This document shows positions 52,692 through 64,000 of a DNA stretch of 64,000 bases, piece after piece. A program made the position numbers and the translations under genes. The number at the start of each line of letters is the position of its first letter. The first letter of the stretch is position 1. The notes under the pieces are model-generated. The model searched no databases, was not told the origin of the DNA, and was given only the letters and a program-made list of their open reading frames with translations. The stretch spans positions 5,258,275 to 5,322,274 of the forward strand of contig NC_134032.1 in assembly GCF_964204645.1 (NCBI RefSeq), written 5' to 3'. This DNA comes from Tubulanus polymorphus (taxonomy: Eukaryota; Animalia; Nemertea).

Positions 52692-53447
52692 TTACTCTTT
52701 ACATCTTATAATTAATTCATATATCACAGGAAAGTTATTCAAATCAATTAAATATCCATTGTGATTTCTTATTTCTAACTTAAAATTATTAAATTTTGGA
52801 ATACAAGGTTTGAAATCACATTCTGTTAAATTATAATTTATTTGAGTTCCAAATTGTTTAACATTTTTTAGCGGTAAAATATTTAGTATACTAGAATTAC
52901 AAATTGTTTCTTTAGTTGCTTCGAAAGTTTTTGTAGGCTCGATTAAATTGCAATAAATATAAAAGTGTGTAAAAGGTATTATATTTGAGCTGCCTTCTGC
53001 GTTTCCAGTAACTGTAAGCGGTTTAATTCCTAACGTTTTAGCCAGTGGTTTGTTTACCATAAATTTATGTTGTTCATTAGATATCTTTATTCTAATTTTA
53101 TTAGTACTATCAATTTTATTAAATTTAATTTCAAATACAGAAGTGCCCCCGATTTTCAACCGAGCTCCTCTATTAATTTCCTGCGCTAATGATTCTAAAT
53201 TATATAATCCTGGTTTTAAAAATATATGAAACCATTTATCTTTATTTCTCATATAAATCATAAACCCTCTATGTTCAAAAGTTTTATCCGATACATTGCA
53301 AAAAGAATTACCTAAACTTATATTAACTAATTTTAAATCAACACAATTTTTGAATTCTCTATCTAATTGTACTAATAAATTATGTGATTTATAATTTGTA
53401 AGTTTTCTAGAATCTACAAATATTCTGTATTCTTTTAATTCTACCAT
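52692..53447 (-). CDS. Minor capsid protein (penton, single jelly-roll, predicted)
   Basis: N-terminal IFVDSR, FYIYCNLI, C-terminal LEIRNHNGYLIDLNNFPVIYELII, typical of Polinton/NCLDV pentons. Confidence 0.72.
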   Translation of the reverse strand: MVELKEYRIFVDSRKLTNYKSHNLLVQLDREFKNCVDLKLVNISLGNSFCNVSDKTFEHRGFMIYMRNKDKWFHIFLKPGLYNLESLAQEINRGARLKIGGTSVFEIKFNKIDSTNKIRIKISNEQHKFMVNKPLAKTLGIKPLTVTGNAEGSSNIIPFTHFYIYCNLIEPTKTFEATKETICNSSILNILPLKNVKQFGTQINYNLTECDFKPCIPKFNNFKLEIRNHNGYLIDLNNFPVIYELIIRCKE

Positions 53448-53461
53448 TTATTTTACATATT

Positions 53462-53815
53462 TTATTCGAAATCTATTTCATGGTGCCCTTTTTCATTATT
53501 ACCTTTGTATACGAAATAGAAATATCCAGAACATAATTCTTCTAAATCTTCACTTGATAATCTATGAAATCTATCCGGTAAATATGTTCTGAATTTATAT
53601 GTATTTCCTTTTAATCCTTCATATTCTAAGTGTATAACTAATTTATCTCCATAGTTATTAGTAACTGTATCAATATTTGTAATTAGATATTTCTTATGGA
53701 TTATTAATTCTGTTAACTTTTTGAATTTATAATCTACAGATTTTACATTTGTAGTATCTTTAATTCTATCTAGAAATAATTTGTTGTTCTCACTGTGCGC
53801 TTGTTTACTCTCCAT
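53462..53815 (-). CDS. 117-aa protein, possibly an OB-fold ssDNA-binding protein
   Basis: FKKLTEL...YLI...TNNYGDKLVIHL...FRTYLPDRF; conserved in copies B and D; function inferred. Confidence 0.6.
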   Translation of the reverse strand: MESKQAHSENNKLFLDRIKDTTNVKSVDYKFKKLTELIIHKKYLITNIDTVTNNYGDKLVIHLEYEGLKGNTYKFRTYLPDRFHRLSSEDLEELCSGYFYFVYKGNNEKGHHEIDFE

Positions 53816-53844
53816 TTTAATAACATATTTTTATTAAAATTTGA

Positions 53845-56800
53845 TTAACACGTTAGAATTCTTTTCATTATCTCGTTCTCTTTTGTTTCTTCTCTTTTAA
53901 ATTTTATGTATTCATCTAAATTGCAACCATAAGCAACTGTATGAATTCCATCATCTAAAATATATCTTTTATCATCAAATGGGTTTAGACTTATCTTTTC
54001 AATTTCTTCAATAAACATTTCGTGGTACTCAGATCTTAAACATCTCATCTTATGTTTTCTAACTTCTTCATTGAATATACAATTGATGTAATCTTTGAAA
54101 TGAATATTCTTTTCTACTACACTTTTGGTTATTCCTTTTAACTTTTTAGCTTCATGTTCTTTAGTTTTATATGAATACATTTTAGATCTAATACCAATGA
54201 ATTCAATCGTTTCTTCACCGCCTAATTCATCTTTGAATATACCGGGAACTTTTTTATTATCATTGCTAAACAATTCATGATCTTTAGGATAGTTACTAAA
54301 ATCAAAATGATGTTTTAATGTTTTTAAATCATCAGTTATGTTATCAGTTTTTATCTTTAATATGTAAGAATCTGTATCAAAATATATTATTTCTGTATGT
54401 TTTTCTCCAAAAAGTGGTTGTAATATATTATAATAGAATTCATACACTAGTAATTTTGATAATTCTAAAACTGAAGCGCCAACATAGATTGGTTTATTAA
54501 ATTTCATTGATGTTCTTCTCATCTTAACTGCGGCTAAATTTTCATCAAATATTCTGTTACCAATGAACTTAGGATATGTTTGTAAATGTCTAATTCTTTT
54601 ACCATTACTGACTAACTCAATATCATTTCTATTTCTAATATTTTCACAAGTCTTACCATAGAATGCATTATTCATTAACTTGAAGAAATCTTTCTCAAAA
54701 TCAGTTTTAGCTTTAGTTCTCTGTTTGGTGTTAAAATCTATATATTTTTCTAACCACTTAGATTGACTAAATGAAATATATCTATGTACTTTTTTTAGAA
54801 TCATTCCTTGATTTAGATAAAACTTTAACATTCTGTAATGTACTACATAATTATATTTATCTTCTTGAGTTACCATTAACTTTTCTGTATGAATATGATT
54901 TTCGGGTTTAATTCTTTTTTGGTAATTTGATAATTCTTCATGAGTTACAGTTTTATGTTCGGGACAGTAAGCTAGATTTCTAGATTTAAATTCAATATGT
55001 TCAGGATATTCTAAATCTACAACAAAGAAGTAACCAATATCTGAATCATCTGAAATATCTAGAATTCTTTTCTTCCAATTAAATTTATCATTATTTTCAT
55101 TCTGTAAAACTTCACTTATTTCAAATACTCCATAAGGTTGTGGTACCATCATTGCCCAACCATACAAATTATTTGCATCTATATATAATAACTTATATCC
55201 AGGGTTATCATTTACATTGAAATATCTATCACCTAATACACCTGAAACACCTCCTCTTATAGATTTTTCAAATAATAGTAATTGATCTATATTTGTTAAC
55301 AAATCCATTTTTATATCTGTAAATTTTAATCCACAATCCCATGTTAATCCTGGTGATGAATAACAATGACAAGGATCAATATTGAAATATTTTAGGTTTA
55401 CATCTCTAAACCTTTCGAATATATCGGTTAATAATAATACATCTGATTTTAAATATGAATCTACTAATTGCCCATGATTTTCTATTTTGAAATGATTCCA
55501 AATATTCAATGTTCTATTATAGACTTCATCTTTAACATAATCATTTTTTAATTCATCATAAAATTGTTCTTTTAATAATTCAGTTTTGTTAAAATCATTA
55601 TGATTTTTATAGAAAGAATATGGAATTGCTCCTTTATATCTCATTAATTTAAAATCATCAATATTTGGGTAGTGTTGTTTTAATATTTCTAATTCATCAT
55701 CAACTAATGATTTTGATAAGTTATCTAATGAACTATTTAAAAATCTATATGAATTTATAAATCTTAAACACCCAAATTGGAATGATATATAATTCTCAGA
55801 TGTTTTAGCTAACATTCTAAATTTATAAGTTGGTATTTTATCTTTTGATCTATTTGAATTAAATATTTCTATTTCATTATTGATTTCTTCTATTTTATGG
55901 CATAACTGTTTGATAAATAAATGTGCATCATATCCTGAAATATAACTGGTACAAAGTTAATTTTCTTAGCTTGTAAGTTACAATTCTCATGTGCAGCGCC
56001 TCTAAACTTTCCGTTCAAATGATCATGGTCTCTTACTTTTTTATCTTTATAATTAAATATCTTTTCACAATAATAACATTTATCTGCAAACGCAAATGGT
56101 TCTTTATCTTCTTCTGTCATTATAATTTCTATATTTGTATTCAATAATTTACTAAATCATATTCAATTAATAAGTCACAAAAATGATTGATAACATTTTC
56201 ATTTCTGTAATGATAATATTCACTTTCAATTAGTTCTGGATAATCAGATTTTATATATAACCCGAAAGCAGCAGCTGATTGATGAATCTTTTTAATAGTA
56301 TTTGTTTTTGGTGGTTCATCTGAAAAATCATTTTCATTACAATTTAATTTCTTTCTTTTATAATATATATCTTTTCTATCTTGATCAGTTAATTCTTTAT
56401 TTAATGATTCAAAATCTCCATATATTACAAATGGTACTTTATTTTTGTAGTCATATTTTTTGAATTCTAATATTTTATCTTTTTCATTTGGTAAAACTAA
56501 TTTACAATAATCATGATTTTCACATAATTGTTTATGATTTAATAATGTACTTTCATTACTGAATCTATGTAAACATTTTCTACAAAGATATATTTTATGG
56601 TGATCATTTTCTGATTTAAAAAATAAATCGATTTGTTTAATCCACATATAATGATTCTCATAATATAGTATATCTATGCAATGGTTTGAATCATAATCTT
56701 TTGATAGATATAAAGGTTCTAATGTATAATGTTTTATGTTGTTACCTTTTGTATTTGGTAATTTGATTAAATCAAATACATTTATCTTTATATTATTATC

Positions 56801-57865
56801 TCTTTCTATTTTTGGGATGTTTTTAATTCTAACAGGATACTTATCTATCTTATAATTATTTTCAAATGGTTTATAATGAGTTAATCTAAAACTATGTGTA
56901 ATATCTTCTGTTGGATGTAAACAACTTATTATAGCCCATAGAAAACATTTATCATCTTCATTTTGTACGTTTATAACAGCATTAGTTTTAAATGGTAGTT
57001 TGATATAACTCGATGCTTCAATATCTGGTTCTTTATAATATGATACATTATTTTCATCGATTGGTTTTGATTTAGTTAACTTATTATATTTTGTGTTATA
57101 AACATGTAAAGTCATAAATATTATTTCATCAAATATTAAACCAGATCCTTCAAAATATTTCTCTTCTATTTTAGTTTTTACTTCATTATAACATTTATCT
57201 AATTTATCATCTATATGTTGTTTAGATATAATATGTTGTGAATGAGAATTTATATTATATATTGGTTCATCTTCAGATTTTATAAACTTTACTTTAGAAG
57301 ATATACTTATTTTAGGATATTCAACATCTGTAATTATTTTTATTATTTCTTTCATATTTTCTAAATGTTTTTTATTTTCTTCTAATGTTTTACCTTTATG
57401 AAATTTAAACTCGATAGCTGCTGGGCCAATATCACTTTTAAATGCTTCGGTTATCTCTATATCTTTTTTATTATCTAATGAATTAATATAATTTCTTACA
57501 TCTTCCATGTATGGTCTTTTATTGTTTAATTTATTTTTTATGCTTTTAATTGTCTTCTGTTTCTTATCGTTATCATTATCAAAATAATCTTCACCTAAAA
57601 TATCATTATTCTTATTTCTAATATGACTTATAGATTTTAAATGTTCTTTATAATATCTTTTATCACTGAATGATTGATTACATGTATCACATTTGTATGT
57701 TTCTTTTTCATTCTTTAATTCTTCTAATTTAGTTTCTAATATATCATCTTTATATTCTAGTTTCAATTTATTCTCTAAATGTGTTTTAGTTTTATTGTGT
57801 CTTGCTTTTTGGGATTTATCTATGTTGATATTACATGTTGGACAGTAGTACTTATTTGCTTCCAT
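53845..57865 (-). pseudogene. polB: Protein-primed family B DNA polymerase (~1340 aa) with two small frameshifting deletions
   Basis: YIDANNLYG, KLMNNAFYGK, YFDTDS; N-terminal C2H2 fingers; DDKCFLW...NHYMWI (vOTU-like); DHDHLNGKFRGAAHENCN (EndoVII-like); deletions near 56155 and 55920 relative to copy C. Confidence 0.95.
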
Positions 57866-57887
57866 TTTAATACTAAATTTTTTATTA

Positions 57888-58335
57888 AAATTGATTTTAG
57901 AAGTTCAATGATTTAAATGTTATTCATTTATATGAATATTTTAAGAGTAATAGGGGTAATGGGTTTTCATATCAAAGGTTGAATGGTCGAGTTCATTAAT
58001 AACAAAACATTAAAAGTAATTTAAAACTATAATATATTTTCATAACCGCGTGCATTTCAGTTGAATAATAGAATAATTATTATCATTTGAATATATTTGA
58101 TTATATGAATTTGTGTATTGTAAATAAATCAATTGGTCGCGGAGCGGAGCGACCAATTGATTTATTTACAATATGCTTTTTAAATTATTGATATCTTAGA
58201 ATAAATATTTAGTTTTAATATAAAATGCACGCGGTTATGAAAATATATTATAGTTTTTAATTACTTTTAATGATTTGTTTTTTAATGGGCTCGACCGTTC
58301 GACCTTTGGTATGAAAGCCCATTACCCCTATTACT
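57888..58335 (-). repeat. Right TIR of copy F; 57946-58335 is a self-complementary hairpin
   Basis: Near-identical inverted copy of the left TIR; loop has 2 TCCGC units versus 5 on the left. Confidence 0.95.
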
Positions 58336-61300
58336 TTAGCCGTTAGTAAACGGAGGATATCACTTTTCATCATCGGAGCATCCTTTTCATCCTCCCTTTG
58401 ACTAAAGCAGACACCAATCTCAAGGTCCTTGTATAAAATTGTGTTGTGTTTTAGGGATTAAAAACTAACTACACATGTAACGGCGAAGCCTTTATCTAGT
58501 TCGGTGTATTTTCGTCGCGAGATTAATTCGACGAGTTCATTTCAAAAAGTCTGTCCCAAGCAATCAGAGCGCTATAATGATCACGTCATTGATTAGAGTG
58601 TTTTGATTAGTAGTCGAATCTGAGTGAAGATACGTGTTTTGTTAAAAATAAAGGGGACAAATAATAATCACGGCGATAACAATAGGGTTTTCTGTGAAAC
58701 AACAGAAAACCCTAATAATAATATCTAATAAATGTATAAGTATTGTATACGTCATCCTCGCTTGCCAGGGACCCGGTATCGCTCCCCAAACTCGCTTAAA
58801 CAGCTTAAGCGTAGTGTCTACTGGATATCCACCATGAAGGTTAAGAAGGAGACGTTGATGGAAAGCTTTTTAAAGGTTTTTCGTGTGTCGGTCAGGTTTC
58901 AATAAGAGGAATGAATGGACGTTTTATTAACGTTTAAGAATAAAATTTTTCGAAACGTTTCTTCAAGGTTTTCAAGGTTTTGACAAGGTTTCTTATGTTT
59001 TTTATGTAAAAACGTTTGTGAAACGTTAAAATGTTCACGGGATAACATTTCAGAAACGTTTCAAAAGAACTTTTCCAATACTAAACCTTGAACGTTCTTA
59101 TGTTAGCTAGGTATGCCGCGCATGAACATGGGATTTTCAACACTGTAGAAGATCCTTGTCATTTCTCTTTTAGTTTATGTAGATAGGATGAGGTTTACTA
59201 ATCTTATCCAGTTCATATCTTTTGAAGTGGGCAATTCCACAGCTCGCGTACAATGGACCGGTTTGCTGAGTTGAAAGACGCCAGCTGCCTACGCGCGTGA
59301 ATGAGTGCCGGTCTTGTGAGTGCCCAAAATACATTCCTAAGCCTCGTATCATAACCAAAATGAAAGGTGAAAAAATTGAGTCCACAAAAATTATACAATG
59401 CTTGTATTATTAATGTATGCAAACACAGCATTATTGAATAATAGATACTATCAAATTATACACAATTTCAACAATAATTTCTAATGGATGCTTTTTGAAC
59501 AATGGAATTGGAAACGACTTATCTAAATATCTAGCTTATATGACTCGTATGTCAAATGTATTTATAGGTTTTATCGAATGAAATGAATTCTCACTGAACA
59601 ATCATGAACATCATCCTAATCAGATCAAAGTCAATTATATCCTGATCTGGCTTGGGTAGACTTGACCGTAATTATTTAGAATTTTTGATAAATACATGTT
59701 TTGATCATCTAGTACCATATGAGCATTTATTATCAATCGAAGTGTGTTTTGTTAAAATAACGCTCAATGGAATTTTACAATTGACGTCTTGGCGTAACGA
59801 AGGTGGTACAGTGTTTTCTGGATTGTGTTAACGATTATTGGTTCCCCATCATTGAAACAAATTCTGAAATGGAAAAGTAAAATAAAGGTCAAGAATATAG
59901 CTACAAATCAGCGATACTGCAGTTTTCAATTCTGTAAGTAGGAAAGGTACCTATGACTTAGTATCGACAATAGGCAGTGACATGGCTAACAGATTAATCT
60001 ATCATCTTTAGAAGAATGTATAACTTAACCAGCTAAGCGCCGTTGTTGGTCAGCTTTTTTCAACCTTAATTGCCAACTTTTGTCTTCATCAGCCCAGTAG
60101 CAGATGGCATGTTGCACATAGGTACATTCACATATATCCCAAGATATATGAACTGTGTAATGAAAAGTTATGAATAAAATCTAAAAACTATATTCTAAAT
60201 TGAGTTTTTAAAGATGTACGCCCCTAGCGGTAAAAGTGAGTTTACTTATTGTGTAAAGTTTATGCTGTCATTTGACATTCAATACGTGTGTATCAACTTG
60301 CATCGAAATCCCTTTACCCAATTGAGGTGGCACTAGTGAAACATGGATAGACGAATCCAGGAAGAAAGACACTCTAAATATTTGGATAGATATATGAAAG
60401 CTGTGGGTACTGGAGTGTTTAATGGGTAGTGTAGTGTGATCTGTGTGCATTTGTGGCCAGCACACAGATCACATTGTTCAATGGGGTTTGGTCCAGGACT
60501 CGCGAGATTTTCAACAACACGGAAGTAACGTGTAATAAATGATGACTTGAATTGCATGACTACCTACCACCCCTCATTATTGTTGGAAAACTAAACGTTC
60601 GGCACTGACTAAAAATTAGTAATAACATTTTAGAAATGGCCAGAATTTTAACTTAGGTTCTATCTCATTTTTATTTTACAATTGCGATTGGTATAATTTT
60701 TTTTTAAACGGCCGTTTCGCCTGCAATTCACTGCAAATAGTTACGCAACTATGCACATTTCAGTGTTTTTGGCAGCTTTACGTACACTCAACCGGCACCG
60801 TTCGTGACTAGCTTCACTGCGGAATTATCATTAATTAAAATCGCCATATCACATCATCAACTTATATTGTGCCTTAAAAACCTAACAGCCGAAATAATTG
60901 AAATGCACACACGATTTCTATCATTGAAAATTGAGAGAGTGGCCATGTTTGTGTTTGCTGCTTCGCGTAAATCCCGCGCGGTGGCACATCCGCGCGGAGT
61001 GGGGCCGATACGTCAAGAGCCACCCTGTCAAACGATACATTATCATAGGTGTAATTAATGGCTTCTGAATACAATCAATGGCTAGTGGAACCACAGTTTC
61101 CTTCTAAGGAGCTAGAAGCTAAAAACTGCTCTTGTAAATCGGGGTAGCCATATATACCCCCATAGCGCCACAATGGTTGGGCCTAGAAAGGTGCAACCAC
61201 TGGAAAAATTGACAACTGGTTGCTATAACTTTTCCACTGACATCAAGCTGAAATCCAAAGTATTTCAATTTTTGTCAATCAAACAACTTTTGGATCTCTG

Positions 61301-61617
61301 ACATTTGAAAATGTTTAGTGCCCCAAGCAGACGAACAAAATTCAATGAAATAAGAGTTGTATGTAGGTATTGAGGCATAAAATGTGTCCAGCAAATTTGG
61401 TATTGGCAATAGAATACATCTGCTGTACATCAAATGTAATGATAAGTTCAAAGATAGCTGCAAAGCAGCACTATTATGGTTTGCTGGTTTTGACCGCACA
61501 GTGTACGCTTACTAAAATCAATTGGATAGATGTAGATGGCGGCCTAGTGGACGCACGCAAATAGTGGAGCTCCGACATTACTTGTCAATTATTGGATAAT
61601 ACTTTAATACTTTAATC

Positions 61618-63001
61618 ATGAATTATACTTTAAACAATTCATGTAAGTTTGATTTGAGGCAGTTCGGGAGAAAACTGTCACATTTGGACATAGTGAACGC
61701 TCTGAAAGAGAAAATTGACGTTAGCAAGGTTATATCGGTCCAGCTGACGAACTCGTACTGTATCGTGACAACCGCCGACGCAGCTACCAAGGACAAATTA
61801 TTTAAAACTGAGCTGAATATTTTAGATCGTACTGTAGAAATTACAGATGTGTCGGTAAATTTCATCAACGTGAGATTGGTCGACGCTCCAAATGAGATGG
61901 ACGATACGATTATAGCTTCATTCATCTCGAAATTCGGGGACTATGTTAATGGATCTATTAAAAGAGGAGTGATAAAGGGAACCTCTTTCTTCACCAGAAC
62001 AATATATTTGAAGCTTTATAACATCAAGGAGATCATGCCGAATTTCACAAAAAATCGGGAATTTTGATATACGTTTATATTGTGACACCTTATGTCAGCT
62101 TTGCATGAGTAGTGCTCATAAATTCTATAACTGCCTGCAAAGGGATAGTGATCGCCGCGATCGTCGCCTTTGCTGTGAATGTGAATCACCCAATCACGTG
62201 GTCCGAGACTGTCCGTTAATTAAGGAAACTGTGATCAAACCAGTTTCCAGCGATGAATTAATCACAGCAGTTAACTGTCCGCTAAATCAATCGGTTGAAA
62301 GTGATCCCCAAAAATCAGTTCAACCAATATCAGACCCAGCCGACCAAGTTAGCAGGAATACTGATACCCTAGGCGATTCCAACATGCGCGACTTCTTATA
62401 CGACGGTGGTACGGTAATTTACCAATCTGGAGCGACAGCTGAAAATATCGACCAATTATTGTCAAAAGTAGACTCTAAAATTTTGGATCGCACTTCCGTT
62501 ACCGAGGCTATTGTACACCTCGGCACAGACGACTTCAACCGTTACACGTCAGACATTGGTTGTATTAAACTTAACATGACGCTAGCCATTGCCAAAGTGC
62601 AAGAAAAATTTAAAAACGCAAATGTCTGCGTTTCAAGCGTAATTCCGAAGAAAGGGGTTAACCACACTACAAAAGATTTTAATGCTGCATCGAGCATGGT
62701 CAACTCGTGCATGGATCGTTTCTGTAGCAAACAAAATCTACTTTTCAATAACAACGATACAATTCTGAAACCTTCTGGATCGATCAGAGATCGCTACTAC
62801 AGCCCTAGTGACAAGAATGGCATTCACTTAAACGAACTCAGGAAATCCGCACTCGCATCACACTTCTACAACATTCTTTTTGATAGTCAAGCTGAAGTAT
62901 TCAGTACTCCCGTCACGAATAAGCGGAAGGATCGCTCACTAACACAGACACCACCAAGTACCGAAAAAGCAACCAAGAAACAAAATGTTGATAGAAACTA
63001 A
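61618..63001 (+). pseudogene. LINE ORF1 with zinc knuckle and SGNH esterase-like domain, frameshifted
   Basis: CECESPNHVVRDC; LGDSNMR, VHLGTDD, NGIHLN. Confidence 0.75.
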
Positions 63002-63099
63002 ACTGGTATTGTATAGTGGGATATCAAATTATTTGTTCCCAAATATGCTTGAAGTCTCTATAATCTTATTTGATCTGAATACTTTATTTAATCTAAACA

Positions 63100-64000
63100 T
63101 ATCTATCGAATGGATCTACCTGAAATGGATCAATCTGAAATCTAGTGATGGAGTGCGCTTTAGTGTATTCCATTCTAATGTACGCAGTGCCAGGAAAAAC
63201 TTTGACAGTTTGGCTGAATATATCCATATAATTTACCATGATTTTAGTATAATTGGTTTATCGGAAACTTGGACAGACTCCGATGTACCAAATGAATCTT
63301 TGTTTCATTTACCTGGCTTCACTAGTGTCTTCCGAAGTAGACTAAATAAGGGAGGGGTGGGGTCGGTCTTTTGATCAATAATGCTATATCTTTTAAGATC
63401 AGGGATGACTTAAATCTAGCTGAGTCCTTATTTATTGAAACAACTGCAAATTCTAAACGTAAGCTAATTTTTGGCGTTCTATATCGCGCTCCGGACTCAG
63501 ATTTACTCGATTTTCGGACTGAATTTGATGTATTTGCCCAAGAGGTTAACGGTCTAAATGTTATTCTCATGGGCGATTACAATATTGACTTCGGTAAGTT
63601 TGGCAAAAATTACTGAAGTGACAATTTTATGAATACTGCGATTTCTAATTCCTTTTCGCCCCTCATCACTTTACCTACTCGTGTCACCGAGCACTCTGCG
63701 ACAGTTATTGATAACATTTTATTTAACTTTCTCGACGAATTCCAAACTCTAAGCGGCGTTTTTTAGCTGATCTCACGGATCATTACCCAATTTTGCCGCC
63801 ATTCAAGGTGTGTATGAGACTAAACCCGACAAATCCCCTTCGAAAACGCAGGTCCATGATATTAACTCATGGTCAATTGAACATTTGAACATGTTTGAAC
63901 ATTCTCCCGCTCTTTGTTGGCCAGTAACTGGCAGAATGTATATAATAATGACGACCCTGAGATGTCGTGTAACGAATTTTATAAAATTGTGAACAGCTAT
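63100..64000 (+). pseudogene. LINE ORF2 APE endonuclease (CR1/L2-like), runs off the window
   Basis: HSNVRS, IGLSETW, GGV, LYRAP, MGDYNID, PTRVT, IDNI, TDHYP. Confidence 0.85.

Larger units (their letters stand above)
41443..58335. mobile_element. Full-length Polinton/Maverick (adintovirus-like endogenous virus), 16.9 kb, mildly decayed (copy F)
   Basis: Ends AGTAATAGGGG...CCCCTATTACT; TTAGCC on both flanks (41437-41442, 58336-58341); long TIRs; pPolB, integrase, ATPase and capsid gene set. Confidence 0.97.

Noticed and set aside
55815-56160. Programmed frameshifting in the split polB
   Set aside because: Copy C has the missing 7 and 10 nt at these sites, so these are ordinary deletions.
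57946-58335. Flip/flop isomers of the terminal hairpin
   Set aside because: Read inward, both ends have the same arm and bubble order; only the loop repeat number differs.

Overview
AT-rich eukaryotic DNA, most likely from an invertebrate animal, with no confidently identifiable host gene. Roughly 60% of the window is a cluster of related Polinton/Maverick (adintovirus-like) endogenous viruses. One copy is full-length (41443-58335, 16.9 kb), with AG...CT ends, a TTAGCC 6-bp target-site duplication (TSD) and ~450-bp TIRs. It encodes protein-primed PolB, a DDE integrase with a chromodomain-like tail, an A32-like ATPase, major and minor capsid proteins, an NCLDV-type HNH nuclease and several membrane proteins. 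Several of its genes carry frameshifts. At least five further decayed or partial copies are present. Unusual traits: (1) each TIR is itself a long imperfect hairpin, and the pairing is kept across subfamilies with different arm sequences; (2) nearly every gene starts at a poxvirus-late-like T-tract...TAAATG motif, suggesting a virophage-like dependence on a cytoplasmic large DNA virus; (3) two genome architectures are related by inversion of the whole non-polB block; (4) an older polB fragment appears to begin an intein at the catalytic YxD|TDS site; (5) one copy has a CCAAT/TATA Pol II-type promoter ahead of polB. The window also holds an RTE LINE and a MITE nested in polB, a CR1/L2-type LINE, a tRNA-derived SINE head and several tandem repeats.
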